The translations under genes and the position numbers were made by a program. This document shows, one piece after another, positions 37,562-48,505 of a DNA stretch of 58,140 nucleotides; within the stretch, counting starts at the first letter, position 1; the number at the start of each line of letters is the position of its first letter. Source of the stretch: a virus (Duplodnaviria > Caudoviricetes); the IMG/VR virus record IMGVR_UViG_3300009103_000036, positions 1-58,140 of that record; one strand, given 5' to 3'. The notes under the pieces are model-generated. The model ran no database searches. It worked only from the letters and a program-made list of their open reading frames with translations, and was not told the DNA's origin.

Positions 37562-38800
37562 TTAGAAATCAAGACGAACGCGGACCGTTAGATCTTTCTC
37601 ATCGTTCTTCTCCACAGGCCTTGAAAGCTTTGCGACAGCCAAGAGGTTGTTATTAGCATCATATAGACCCACAGTGGTTACAAATGTAAACGTTCGCTGG
37701 ATCTCTTCCTGCCCATCATCAACAACAACAATTCGATCATTTACATCTGTAAATGTTGGATTAGTCGAATAATTGAACTCATCTGCAGTTGCTCGACAAA
37801 AGACTAGAGTTGAATTAATATTTGTATTATTCTGAAAGGTCATTGCTGTTAATGATCCCGATCCAAACCTAGTAGAAGAGATATGATCTAAGATATTGTC
37901 CATCGATGCCGACACAACAAAATCAGGAATAAACTTAGCCTTAGAGTTTGATCGATACGGTGCAGCGTCTTCGGCGCCCACAACAGTCTTACCCTTTGCA
38001 GTTCCTGCAAACGTAGTGTTATCCAGTGCATCAATTACTCCTGAAACATGCTGTGATGCAGAAAGAATTTTATTTAGATCAAAGACACACATACCCCTGT
38101 CATAGAAGATCAGGCCTACATTTCTTGAGGTGTTGGAAGAGTCAACAATATTTCCAACGCCGCCTCCCTTGGCCACTTCTTTAGCACCAGCTGCACCAAT
38201 ATCTGTATAAACTGCAGAACCTGATTCTGAAGTTTGATTTAAATTATAGCCTGGGCTCGTTGCGCCCTCTGTTGCCTTAGTTCCAGACTGATAGAACTTC
38301 ATCGCAAACGTCTCTCGTTTCATAGAGTCTCGATGAAACAGTCGTTTAAAAGAGAGAAAAAGACCTGCCCCGATTAAATCAGTAGAAGTAGATGAATTAA
38401 AGGGAGCAGCGAATTGAGCTGCAGCGTCACCTAATAAAATCTGTGCATACTGCTTGTAGATGTTCACCTTCTCTCTCATCATCAACGTTTGGGATGGGAA
38501 AAGTAGCTTTCCAGCTGCATCTTCCCCTGTAGACGCCGATAATACCCAAGAGCTAGAATGATAAAAACCAAATGTTAAATCAAAAATTGGGTTTGCAGTC
38601 TGGAGTGAGAAGTCCTGATCATAAACTGTGTGAAATAGAGATGAAGTTACACCTGGTCCCACACCGCCTGTTACAAAGACTTGATATTTCTTTCGTGTAG
38701 TTGATCCAGAAATATCCTCCTGGATCACATCAACTAACTGACTTAAAAAAGACCGTGTGGTCTTAATATCAGCTGCTGAAAGTTCTTTAAATGTAGCCAT
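37562..38800 (-). CDS. Baseplate/tail structural protein (412 aa)
   Basis: GLIFYDRG, FCRA...EFNYSTNPTF, FVTTVGLYDANNNLLAVAKLSRPVEK...VRLDF; SD GAGG. Confidence 0.75.
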   Translation of the reverse strand: MATFKELSAADIKTTRSFLSQLVDVIQEDISGSTTRKKYQVFVTGGVGPGVTSSLFHTVYDQDFSLQTANPIFDLTFGFYHSSSWVLSASTGEDAAGKLLFPSQTLMMREKVNIYKQYAQILLGDAAAQFAAPFNSSTSTDLIGAGLFLSFKRLFHRDSMKRETFAMKFYQSGTKATEGATSPGYNLNQTSESGSAVYTDIGAAGAKEVAKGGGVGNIVDSSNTSRNVGLIFYDRGMCVFDLNKILSASQHVSGVIDALDNTTFAGTAKGKTVVGAEDAAPYRSNSKAKFIPDFVVSASMDNILDHISSTRFGSGSLTAMTFQNNTNINSTLVFCRATADEFNYSTNPTFTDVNDRIVVVDDGQEEIQRTFTFVTTVGLYDANNNLLAVAKLSRPVEKNDEKDLTVRVRLDF

Positions 38801-38825
38801 CTAACTTATCTTCCTCATAATTCGA

Positions 38826-39527
38826 TTATTGTGTAATCTGTATCTCAAATTCCTTGACAGCACCTGACTGAATTCCGGACACTCTCACATACGTTCGAAT
38901 TAGGTTTTTATTTGACGCAGTTCCGTAAGTTGTAAAATGACTGTCACTAAGTGATTTGATCTGAATTGTCATGGTTAGCTTAGATCCTCCCGCAGAGGTT
39001 GCCTCACCACTTTTCACTAGAAGATATGACGCAGTATTATTTGAGTCAATATCATCTGGAGAGCTGCCTTGAATCTGTAAAAATAAGCTGTTTAATTTTA
39101 CAACAAAAGCTTGATCTCTTAATTCTACGTCAATCGAATCTTCATTTTGAATCTCTTGCGTAAGTGTTATAGTTCTGGATGTGTTAGCATTTCTACCCAT
39201 CGAGACAATATTTCCCTCAACACCGTCACCAGATAATGAAATCTTTGGAAGCCGGATAAGATAAGGATTTGACAGACTGGTCATTAGATATTTTTGTGCC
39301 TGATTTCCATTTGTCAACGCCTCTAAAACAGGTGTGTTTTTCTCAAGCTTCTCTTTTCCAACTGTTCTACCATATTGGGATATGATTCCATAGTCAATTT
39401 CCTCATCAGAAAATGAAAATTTTACAACAGAGAAGGATCCATCGTTCCTGGCAAGAAACTGTCGTCCAGTGTCAGTTAAGACAGCATCTAATATGATGTT
39501 GTTTGTGCTGTGATCAAGAAATCCCAT
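38826..39527 (-). CDS. Putative baseplate wedge-type structural protein (233 aa)
   Basis: MGFLD...ILDAVLTDTGRQFLA...VKFSFSDEEIDY...PVLEA; SD AAGGAG. Confidence 0.7.
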   Translation of the reverse strand: MGFLDHSTNNIILDAVLTDTGRQFLARNDGSFSVVKFSFSDEEIDYGIISQYGRTVGKEKLEKNTPVLEALTNGNQAQKYLMTSLSNPYLIRLPKISLSGDGVEGNIVSMGRNANTSRTITLTQEIQNEDSIDVELRDQAFVVKLNSLFLQIQGSSPDDIDSNNTASYLLVKSGEATSAGGSKLTMTIQIKSLSDSHFTTYGTASNKNLIRTYVRVSGIQSGAVKEFEIQITQ

Positions 39528-39625
39528 CTTTTTAATCTCCTTCAGCTATAATTATATCTTCCGTTCATTTAAACAGTAAATTAAAATCTTAATATCAGTC
39601 AGTGTCTATTTTATCCATTCTAGAA

Positions 39626-41470
39626 TTATCTTCTCTTATTAGGCTGTGATGATCGCTTTTGTTTCTCAGAACCTGTTTTAGCTTCTGATCTTAGGTCTTC
39701 TATAAAAATATCAATCTTTTGACTTTTTTGGTGATCAACATTTAAAATTTGAAGTTGATATTTTCCTTTATTTTTGTCGTCAGTTGTTGCAATTAGGCCC
39801 AAATCTTCTCCTGCAGAGTTAATTAGACTTAAATATTCTGGATCAAAAATAATTCTCACTCGATCATGGTTAGAATCCCTGACAGTGTCAACAAACAAAT
39901 CTGACTCTAGATAAATATTAGGATATGCTTTCGGTGCACCTGATGTTGAAATAACCTCTTTGATAATTTCATTTTTAAAATGGTCAAATGTTACCTGAAT
40001 TTGCATTGAATAATTAGAGCTATAGTTTCTAGCATCTAAAGCACAAACAGAGTAAATTGCTGTATCAAACTTTGTAAATGAACTATCATAACATAATAGA
40101 ATTGGTTGCCGTGATCGTTGTACTAGGCCCCTTGGGACAGGTTCTGTATAGGGTAAACGAACCAAACTATCATCAAAGTCATACATTTTTAATAGTTCAA
40201 AACTTTTTCCAATGTGTTCTCGTTTAAAAACCTGAAACTTTTTAATATCTCGCTGTCTGTTTGGAGGAAAATTCCACATTACCATTGGCATTTGTTTTTT
40301 ATAATCCCATCGAATATCAATATCAACTGGAGGCGGCGGAGGTCGTGTTTCAATACATTTAACAACAGCTCTGGCACCAGGGCGAGAAGAAACCAACAAT
40401 GTAGAAGCAATTATCTCATCTGTTTCTTCAGAAATTGCTTGAATTTCGCATTGTGCAACAGCTCGAATCTGATAGATATAAGTTGCACCATACTTCACAT
40501 TAGTGTCTACATAATTTGATGCCATCTGATTTTCAATTACGATTGGTGGTAAAGTTACAACTGATCCGTCTTCTAAGACTTCAGTTTTATCAATCAAATA
40601 GCCAATAATTTTCGTTGATGAATCAAATTCATCTGCGTCAAATAGCCGCTGTCTAATTGGATTAATAGTTATCTCAAACTCATCTTCATTTAAATGAGTT
40701 GCACTTGATCTAGCTAAAACTTCTTGTTGAATCTTAGCTGCATCATTGACTAACAATTCAAATTCATCTGAAAAAATACTTGATGCATCATCAGCAGCAG
40801 ATTGAATAATTCGATGAATAAATTTATTATTTATTTGAGCACCAATCATCATCGATCGAACAGACTGAAAACTATCATTATTAATAATTTCTCGTGTTTC
40901 TTCATCAATCGCTTCAATCCCTTTTTCTGCATTGTTCAACAGGCTTGTTAAAAGCTCACCATCAACCAGGCGAGTTGTAGCTCGATTTCCTAGTTTACTT
41001 TTCTCTGTTGCTGTCGTGTTAGAATTCGCCTGAATAGATTCTTCAAAAAGATCTGAAATTTTCTGATCAACATCTGTATCTTGTAAAGAAATTCCTGAAA
41101 ATTTTCCATTACTAAATCCCAATTCAGTCTGTACGCTATTTAGATGATCAGCAATCATCATTTCAGGAAGTTTTTTGCCCTGCTTTGAATCAGCTCGAAA
41201 TTCATTTCTAGACTTTACGTTTGTCGAGACAATGACAGGAGAAAAACTAAGTTGTATATATCTCGGAAGTCTTTGTCGCTCATTAAGGGTTAGCTTGTCT
41301 GATTTGCCTTTCTTCGAACTCTTAGACGTTAAACGACTATTTCTAGTATCTGCATTTGGATTAATAGATTCATCTGCCATAAAAAAATTATAAACAAATT
41401 TTGCACTGATATTTTTAGGTTCAGGTATGTCGATAAAAGTAATTAATTCGCTAGGAAAAGAAACAGTCAT
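39626..41470 (-). CDS. Putative virion protein with fibronectin-III-like domains (614 aa)
   Basis: YVDTNVKYGATYIYQIRAV, PPPPVDI..RW, W..P, FQVFKR, YSVCALD..NYSSNYS. Confidence 0.65.
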   Translation of the reverse strand: MTVSFPSELITFIDIPEPKNISAKFVYNFFMADESINPNADTRNSRLTSKSSKKGKSDKLTLNERQRLPRYIQLSFSPVIVSTNVKSRNEFRADSKQGKKLPEMMIADHLNSVQTELGFSNGKFSGISLQDTDVDQKISDLFEESIQANSNTTATEKSKLGNRATTRLVDGELLTSLLNNAEKGIEAIDEETREIINNDSFQSVRSMMIGAQINNKFIHRIIQSAADDASSIFSDEFELLVNDAAKIQQEVLARSSATHLNEDEFEITINPIRQRLFDADEFDSSTKIIGYLIDKTEVLEDGSVVTLPPIVIENQMASNYVDTNVKYGATYIYQIRAVAQCEIQAISEETDEIIASTLLVSSRPGARAVVKCIETRPPPPPVDIDIRWDYKKQMPMVMWNFPPNRQRDIKKFQVFKREHIGKSFELLKMYDFDDSLVRLPYTEPVPRGLVQRSRQPILLCYDSSFTKFDTAIYSVCALDARNYSSNYSMQIQVTFDHFKNEIIKEVISTSGAPKAYPNIYLESDLFVDTVRDSNHDRVRIIFDPEYLSLINSAGEDLGLIATTDDKNKGKYQLQILNVDHQKSQKIDIFIEDLRSEAKTGSEKQKRSSQPNKRR

Positions 41471-44400
41471 GATGTAACTGACTCCAAAGCGATAAAATAC
41501 TCATACATGCTAGTATAACCCTCAGCAGCATCTCTAGATTTCATCTTCAAGACATTAATTCCCTCAGCATTTTTTATCGTTTCTGTTCTTGACTGGAACA
41601 TATTGCGGTAAAGGGCATTTCTACCTCCCGCAGTTTTAATAGTTAAAGGTACATCTATTTCAAAATCATCAGGATCAATTGGAACACAAAACACTCGATC
41701 AAAAAGATTGGGACTCAGAGTTAAGCCTGAATATTTTTTAGCATTAATAATTGGGGCCGACGCTGCTGTTTTAACGATATTTCTCTGTGCAACAAACTCT
41801 CTCAACTCTTCCTCGGTTGTTATGGTCTGTTTTTTTATAAGCGAACCTATAACTGACGAGATAACAGTATTTCCACTGCTACCTTTGGAATAAATGTTAG
41901 CATTCACATCAAAATTTTGCTCATCTAGATCAATGCCAGAAAGCAATCCCACATAAAGCTTTAAGAGATCACTTGTTATATGATTTCTAATTAAGTTTAA
42001 ACGATCAACATTGTTAAGAGATTCATATTCCTCTATGGAGGAAATTGTTTCTCCAGTATACTCTCCAACTAATCCAGAAGAATTATAATCATATAAAATT
42101 GCGCGACTAGACAATATATCTGTAAAAGTATCATCTTCTTCAAGTTTATCATATGAACCATCTGACATGAAAAGTGATGAATCAAATAAAAATTCTATCG
42201 GTTTGAAAACAATGTCGTCGTATTCAATATCACGCTTATAGACCTTTATCTTAAACCAATCAGTACTTTTTTGATTTTCAATTGTCTTTCCACGCCCTTC
42301 ATAATATGCAAACTCATTTAAGTAGTCAATCATTGTGGCCGGAATTCCAATTCCCAATATTCCCATATTGCTTGCAGGAGTGCTTCTATAAGACGCCTCC
42401 CTCAACATGATATCTAAGGCACTTTTTTTATTTGGAGAAATTGTTGCACGAACTGGAGCGTATAAATCACCAATTTTTGAGTATCTATCCATTGAAAAGT
42501 AAGAAGAAGCAAGCTGTTGCGGGCTTAACATCTCAAGAGCCATTTTTCCCTGCTTTGTACCTTGAAAAAATTCTATCAAACTTTTTCGAACAGGATCTGC
42601 GCTGCCCGGCTTTAAAAAGCTGTCAAGAGACTCTAGTGTATCATAATTTACCTTGGAAAGGCCTGACAAAATTGAAACTGATTTCATAATAAATTCATCT
42701 TCATCAGAAAGTCTTCCTCTTATGTCGATCATATCCTCCTTATAAGCGATAAACGTTGACTTTTCAAGAGGGTTTTCAATATTAGATTCATAACTTGTCA
42801 CATCAGAATCACTAAAATTTGAAGACATACCCATTAATGAATAATAACCTGGACGATTAATGCTAGGGTCATATTTTAAAATGTATGGAGAGCCTGAGAT
42901 AGTAGTGTCTCTTCCGTCCCATTGGCACTTAAAAAGATTGGCAACCAAAGTCGATGCTGTTAAACAAAATAGATAGGTAAATATACCCTTGTCAAATGAT
43001 CCAAATCTTGAAATAGATCTTCCATTTGCTTGTGTTGTAAAAATTTCACCGCCCATATAAGATGCAGAAGTAGAAAAATTAGAAATCATATCAAACAATG
43101 TTTTAAATAACATCACAACATCACCTTCACCGTCTTGCAACGCCTCTTTCACTTCGCTTCGTGTAAAATACTTAACCTTTAAGGCGTCTCCAGAAATAGC
43201 ACCTGACTCTATAGCTCCCAGTCTTCCCAATATTTTAACTGATGAATCATTTGGATCTTCAGCAGGCTCCGATGATGATGTTGCAGAAGAACCAAACAAT
43301 GGTGCTTTTGTAAGAGATGAAGTGGTCGGTTTTGATAATCCTGTAGCCCCCATTGGAGACATTACAGAAGATAAAACAGGAGAAACTGTGGGTGAAGAAG
43401 AACTGCTTTCATCTGTGTCAAGACCCATTGCTTCAGCCATTGCTTCAAGGGCTTCTTCCGCGCTAGAAGGTGGTTCTTCTTCTTCAGGTTCTTCTGCTTC
43501 TGCAACCCTTTCAGCAACCTCAGAAGTGATGTACGTATAAAGTTGATGAAGCAAATTAAAATCATTTGCAGCTGATCCCAATAAGGCTACAGCCATTAAT
43601 GCACGATCTTCTGGTTCATCTTGAATTGCTTTTTCAAGATATGGTAAAAGATACGAAATTAAATTATCTAAAAGCTCATCACCCTTGAAGGTAAAGTCAA
43701 CATCGCTTCCTTCTTCCGCACCTGCCCTCATCATAATAGACACTAAGTCAGATATATTGTTAAAGTCTTTATAGAAGCTCGTTGAAAATGATCGATATTT
43801 TTCAATGCTTAGTTTAGGATTTAATCGTGCAATTGAATCAGCAAAATAACGAGAACCCGGAGTAAATACCTGTGAACCTTGATTTATTGTAATGCTTTCA
43901 AAGGGTAAAATGGAATACTTAGCTGTTGATACTTTCAATGAAGAGCTTAATCCTTGAGATCGAGAAGTTCTCGATAAAATTGATTCAGGATTGCCAAATA
44001 ATCCCTCGAAAGCCTGGTAACCCGTAGCGGTTCTAGTATAATCTAAAATGGCCCTTCTAACATCATCACTTGCAGATGCAGCTGAATATCTCATCTCTTT
44101 AGAAAGAATTGACATTATAAAGACTACCTTGTCAAAATCTTTTTTTGGCATTCTTTTCAAAAGTTTTCTTAGATTTCCGGATTTCTCTGGATTTGCCCTC
44201 TGTGAGGTAAAATCTGCCGGCCTTAATGTTGTTGACCCGCCTCGTCTTGATATTTTTGATAATTTTAAAGCTGAGATATCATTTTCTCTACCCGCTGTGC
44301 TTTCCTGAAAAAGCATGGGAGAAAATGATGACATTGTTGTTTTAAGATCATAAATTATTTGAGAAATTACTTTAGTGTTAGAAAAACTTTCAAAGCCCTC

Positions 44401-45087
44401 TTCAGAAAAGCCCATATCATTTACAACAAAATCTTTCATTGACAAAATTGGATCAGAAGATTCATTGTCATCTTCTTCTATCTCTAAAAAAAAGCTTTTT
44501 GAAAGATTCTCCAAAATACTATTGGCCTCTGAAATGATTTGATCATTATCTTTGATATCTAATGCCGTCTTTACCTCAGATATTTTGTCATATAAGCTGC
44601 TTAAAAAATTAATTCTTAAATCAACTAACGAAAATTCACGAGCATACCCTTCTTCTAACTTTGTTAAGTCTGAATTTCCGGAATTACTTTTTATGGCATT
44701 TTTCGCAATTTCAGAAGATAGCTGTCTTGATAAAAATTGTATATCTAACATACTTGCAGGGGTCAGTTTTGTCTCTCCGTTATTTTCATAACATGGAAGA
44801 AAATTAAACTGTAATAAAATTTCAGGTTTTGTTCTGCTAATTCCATTTGTAGATAAATTTTTATTTAAAAGATCATCAATCTTAAGGTTCTTTTTCTTTC
44901 CTTGGACTGAGGCTTTTCCTTTTCCTTTTTTACTAGATGACTTAGTAAGAACAGCTCCCTTACCTGATACTTCTGATTTTTTTCCTCCCCTTCCTAAAAT
45001 GTCAGTAGAAGTTATCTTTTTTCTTTTCTTAAGAAATTTTCCTTTTGGCTTGCTAGTTAATCCTTTTCCTAGACTCCGAATACCCAT
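41467..45087 (-). CDS. Large hypothetical protein (1206 aa) with Lys-rich N-terminus and acidic/Ser linker
   Basis: Long ORF overlapping downstream gene; no family recognised. Confidence 0.7.
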   Translation of the reverse strand: MGIRSLGKGLTSKPKGKFLKKRKKITSTDILGRGGKKSEVSGKGAVLTKSSSKKGKGKASVQGKKKNLKIDDLLNKNLSTNGISRTKPEILLQFNFLPCYENNGETKLTPASMLDIQFLSRQLSSEIAKNAIKSNSGNSDLTKLEEGYAREFSLVDLRINFLSSLYDKISEVKTALDIKDNDQIISEANSILENLSKSFFLEIEEDDNESSDPILSMKDFVVNDMGFSEEGFESFSNTKVISQIIYDLKTTMSSFSPMLFQESTAGRENDISALKLSKISRRGGSTTLRPADFTSQRANPEKSGNLRKLLKRMPKKDFDKVVFIMSILSKEMRYSAASASDDVRRAILDYTRTATGYQAFEGLFGNPESILSRTSRSQGLSSSLKVSTAKYSILPFESITINQGSQVFTPGSRYFADSIARLNPKLSIEKYRSFSTSFYKDFNNISDLVSIMMRAGAEEGSDVDFTFKGDELLDNLISYLLPYLEKAIQDEPEDRALMAVALLGSAANDFNLLHQLYTYITSEVAERVAEAEEPEEEEPPSSAEEALEAMAEAMGLDTDESSSSSPTVSPVLSSVMSPMGATGLSKPTTSSLTKAPLFGSSATSSSEPAEDPNDSSVKILGRLGAIESGAISGDALKVKYFTRSEVKEALQDGEGDVVMLFKTLFDMISNFSTSASYMGGEIFTTQANGRSISRFGSFDKGIFTYLFCLTASTLVANLFKCQWDGRDTTISGSPYILKYDPSINRPGYYSLMGMSSNFSDSDVTSYESNIENPLEKSTFIAYKEDMIDIRGRLSDEDEFIMKSVSILSGLSKVNYDTLESLDSFLKPGSADPVRKSLIEFFQGTKQGKMALEMLSPQQLASSYFSMDRYSKIGDLYAPVRATISPNKKSALDIMLREASYRSTPASNMGILGIGIPATMIDYLNEFAYYEGRGKTIENQKSTDWFKIKVYKRDIEYDDIVFKPIEFLFDSSLFMSDGSYDKLEEDDTFTDILSSRAILYDYNSSGLVGEYTGETISSIEEYESLNNVDRLNLIRNHITSDLLKLYVGLLSGIDLDEQNFDVNANIYSKGSSGNTVISSVIGSLIKKQTITTEEELREFVAQRNIVKTAASAPIINAKKYSGLTLSPNLFDRVFCVPIDPDDFEIDVPLTIKTAGGRNALYRNMFQSRTETIKNAEGINVLKMKSRDAAEGYTSMYEYFIALESVTS

Positions 45088-45096
45088 CTAAATCAC

Positions 45097-47553
45097 CTAA
45101 TCCTTGATAATCTTAATTGAACCTGCCATTACTAATGACCCAAGACTATAATCTAAATATACTGGTAAAATACTGTAAGATACTACCCCTGGCATTCGAG
45201 TCATTACAGAATCAACATAGTCAAATTTTCCTAAAAATTCCGAAGGATGGACAACACCGATCGGAACTGACTCATTTAATTTTGATCCAATAATTATAAA
45301 ATGATCAATCTTTGACTTGTCACCGTCGATTGACCATGTAATTAAATTCTCATGACTGTTTAAAGCAGTTACATTTGCTGTTGATATTCCCGGTAAAACA
45401 GCTGTTAGATCAACATCAACGTTAACGAAGCTTCCTGTCTCACCCTCAAGAAAAACACTACTTTTCTTTAATTTTCTAGAATTAGCTGTCCTTAGTGTTC
45501 CGTGATAAAGATTGTGATTTCCATCAAATTTTGATGAATCAAAATTATACTCAAAATTAGATCTTGGATCTGACCTTACAGAGGAGTAAGATTCAAAAAT
45601 CTGTGAGGCCTTTAGCTTATAAGCTCTTATTGTATATCGATACCTATTGCCTGCTTGTAAGGGTAACATCCTTGATTGTATCGACATTTTTCTATCAGAA
45701 AAAACACCGCTGCCCATCTCAAGAGAAAATGCCTCTTCAATTCCTTCAGTTAAATTAGCTCTTTGTATCATAAAAACTATAATATCAGCAGCTTTTTCCT
45801 TGAACTCTGACATTGATGTCTCATCAGAAAATAAATTATCTATATTGTCCTTTTTTAAAGCATCCAATAATAAGCTTGTATCAGATGTTTTTCCACCACC
45901 GTCTATGGTAAAGGTAACATTAGGATTTTTTCCTCGAGTTAAACGAAAGTTTTGAATTTCAATTCCCACTTCTGTGGTAATCGGAACATACTTTTGAACT
46001 GATCTTCCTGAGCCTGTAGTTGTTTTTCCATCAAGATAATAAAGGATCGCAGAGTATTCATAAATCTCATCTCTTTTAACGTCTGTGTCAATCTGAACAA
46101 TCATTCTTCCCCGGGAATTCTTGATCGTCCCGACAGGAGGAATTAGATTGTTGATATTTAATTTAGAAAATGATCGCTCTTTTCTTGTTAGATTTTTTCG
46201 TTGAATTCCTATAAATTTTACCTCTTCTGACGCCTTATTTACAGTAATCTCAATTCCCTGATCGATAATTTTTGTTGAAACCACACAAAACTTATTTCTT
46301 CTATCAGCCTCGCTTAAAAATTTTAATGACTTGTTGTAAGCTACAGTCATTCCGGGAGCAGATCCTACAGCTGATTTTGCACCCACTGAAAGAACGCGAT
46401 ATATCATTGGCCCTGTATTGGCTACGTTATCAACATAAATTACCGGACCATCTCGATTAAAACAGTTTATCTCATCGACTAGCTGAAATTTACAATTAAT
46501 TAAAGCCTTTGTTGATTCAACTTCTTTTCGAAAAATTCTTATTTTTTTACCAGTCGGATCGTTCTGTTTAATCTGAATAATGTTTTTCTCAGGCATTGTT
46601 CCTATCACAGATACATTCGGGGCAATTCTGGGCATATGAAAGACTCTAACAGAATTGACATGATCAATAACACGCTCTATTCTTTGAACGACGCCACCTT
46701 CTATGTCTAACACATCAAATACTACACGAAACTTTCGTAATTTTTCCAATTTTTCTGAAGAAATTGAACAAGTCTTTTTTATAGATAACTTTCTTTTAAT
46801 TCTCTCTTCAAGAACTGGAATCAAATCATTATTATCGCTATCATCGGCGGAAATATTTTTTCTGACTTTAAGAATTCCCTTCTGAAGAATTTTTACCAAC
46901 TTTTCTTCAGAATTGTCATCAATTCTATCAAAAAAACCCTGAAGAAGATCATTCTCATCAAAATTTGGTCTTTCAAGCACTGATTCTGCAGGATCAGAAA
47001 GATTATCATAAATTAAACTAATTGCAGCCGACTGACGAGAATTACTTGCAACAGTATTAAAATTCTTAGTTTGCTTAGTCATTGAAGTCATTATTGTATT
47101 AGAATATTTGTTGCTTCTTAAGAATGACTTTCTGCTTTGAAGAACGATCTTTTTCTCTAATGGGAGTAAATCAATGGCGTCCTTTTCTCGACCCACTTTA
47201 ATTAAACGAACAATTTCATTGTTAAATTTAGCGCTAGCATCTGATACAGTTGACGTTAAAAGCTCAGTCTTTTTACTTCTAATTCCATCTTTTAACTTAG
47301 CATTTGCAAGAAGTAGTGACTGAATTACAGACTCTGAGTCGGTCTTTTTAGATCCAAAAATAGAATTAATTTTCTTTCCACTATTTTTATAAATTGAAAT
47401 TCTTATCTTAATAGCGTCAGACTGAATTGCAGCGATCTGATCAACCTCATATAAAAACTCATATTCATAACCTCCATCTGACAATTGTCGAATAATCTTT
47501 TGATAATTTTTAGGAAGATTAATTACTTTTTTTTGTTTAAAAATTACACGCAT
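45097..47553 (-). CDS. Putative virion protein with fibronectin-III-like segments (818 aa)
   Basis: YVDNV...MIYRVLSV, DTDVKRDEIYEYSA, LQAGNRYRYTIRAY, ITWSI...YSILPV. Confidence 0.65.
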   Translation of the reverse strand: MRVIFKQKKVINLPKNYQKIIRQLSDGGYEYEFLYEVDQIAAIQSDAIKIRISIYKNSGKKINSIFGSKKTDSESVIQSLLLANAKLKDGIRSKKTELLTSTVSDASAKFNNEIVRLIKVGREKDAIDLLPLEKKIVLQSRKSFLRSNKYSNTIMTSMTKQTKNFNTVASNSRQSAAISLIYDNLSDPAESVLERPNFDENDLLQGFFDRIDDNSEEKLVKILQKGILKVRKNISADDSDNNDLIPVLEERIKRKLSIKKTCSISSEKLEKLRKFRVVFDVLDIEGGVVQRIERVIDHVNSVRVFHMPRIAPNVSVIGTMPEKNIIQIKQNDPTGKKIRIFRKEVESTKALINCKFQLVDEINCFNRDGPVIYVDNVANTGPMIYRVLSVGAKSAVGSAPGMTVAYNKSLKFLSEADRRNKFCVVSTKIIDQGIEITVNKASEEVKFIGIQRKNLTRKERSFSKLNINNLIPPVGTIKNSRGRMIVQIDTDVKRDEIYEYSAILYYLDGKTTTGSGRSVQKYVPITTEVGIEIQNFRLTRGKNPNVTFTIDGGGKTSDTSLLLDALKKDNIDNLFSDETSMSEFKEKAADIIVFMIQRANLTEGIEEAFSLEMGSGVFSDRKMSIQSRMLPLQAGNRYRYTIRAYKLKASQIFESYSSVRSDPRSNFEYNFDSSKFDGNHNLYHGTLRTANSRKLKKSSVFLEGETGSFVNVDVDLTAVLPGISTANVTALNSHENLITWSIDGDKSKIDHFIIIGSKLNESVPIGVVHPSEFLGKFDYVDSVMTRMPGVVSYSILPVYLDYSLGSLVMAGSIKIIKD

Positions 47554-48485
47554 CAGTCAAACACCAAGATAAATAAATTAACAAATGTATATAATCCCTT
47601 GCCGTCGGGAAGGACTTTTCCCACAAAGAAGTAATGTTGATTTGGCCTGACTGGGCTTTCCGTGGTAAATTCTCCAAAGTCAATCACATCTAACTTTACC
47701 ATATTGGTTTTTTGAATCTCAAAAAATTGACAAATAATATTATTGTCTCTAGAAGACTCAATAAATCTTACTGTTTCTCCTTGTTTACCCGATATTTCTC
47801 TTTGAATCTGTGCAAGAGATAAAATTGAATCCTGCGACAGTCTAGGATAATTTCCTAATTTCAAATTATTAGCCGTCGGAGGCAGATAGGAAAATTGATC
47901 AACATGGGAGAGACGTTTATCCTGAAATAAGCTCTCCACATCATCAATAGAAATGGTCTGAATCTGACCAGAAGGAATTGGAAAATTATCAGTTAACTTA
48001 AAAACCACCTCGTTGTGACTCAGCTCGAAATCATTATGTTCTAATAAAGGGTCAGTAGTTCCAATAATATTCTGCTGGTCAAAGTTATTGAGAGAAGATG
48101 CTAGAAGATTATCAGCTAACTTAAAAAATTCCTTCTCATCAGTAATTGCTGCAAGATAATCCGGGTTTTTTCCAGGTTTCGACGCCTTTGCTCCTGAGAG
48201 AATCTTTCCTCCTCTCAGCTCCATGTCTGATCCCTGAAACGCCTTCATAAATCCGGAGTCATCAGACTCAAAGGTAATCTGATCTTGAGGCATTCCTGCA
48301 GCTTCGAAGTAAATTCGGTTACTAGCGTCATCTGATCCGCTGAGCACGTCCTTGGCATAGAAGGTCTGATCATCAGTAAAGCTAATAAACTGAATTCGAA
48401 GGTCACCTGAGGCAATCTGGCGTCGACCCTCGGGGGTAACGATTGTATCCAAAATTCTCGTCTTTTTATCTAGAATGCCTGACAT
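47553..48485 (-). CDS. Putative baseplate structural protein (310 aa), N-terminus paralogous to 38826-39527
   Basis: MSGILDKKTRILDTIVTPEGRRQIASG...FISFTDDQTFY...YFEA. Confidence 0.7.
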   Translation of the reverse strand: MSGILDKKTRILDTIVTPEGRRQIASGDLRIQFISFTDDQTFYAKDVLSGSDDASNRIYFEAAGMPQDQITFESDDSGFMKAFQGSDMELRGGKILSGAKASKPGKNPDYLAAITDEKEFFKLADNLLASSLNNFDQQNIIGTTDPLLEHNDFELSHNEVVFKLTDNFPIPSGQIQTISIDDVESLFQDKRLSHVDQFSYLPPTANNLKLGNYPRLSQDSILSLAQIQREISGKQGETVRFIESSRDNNIICQFFEIQKTNMVKLDVIDFGEFTTESPVRPNQHYFFVGKVLPDGKGLYTFVNLFILVFD

Positions 48486-48505
48486 TTAAAAACTCACAAT
48501 ACTAA

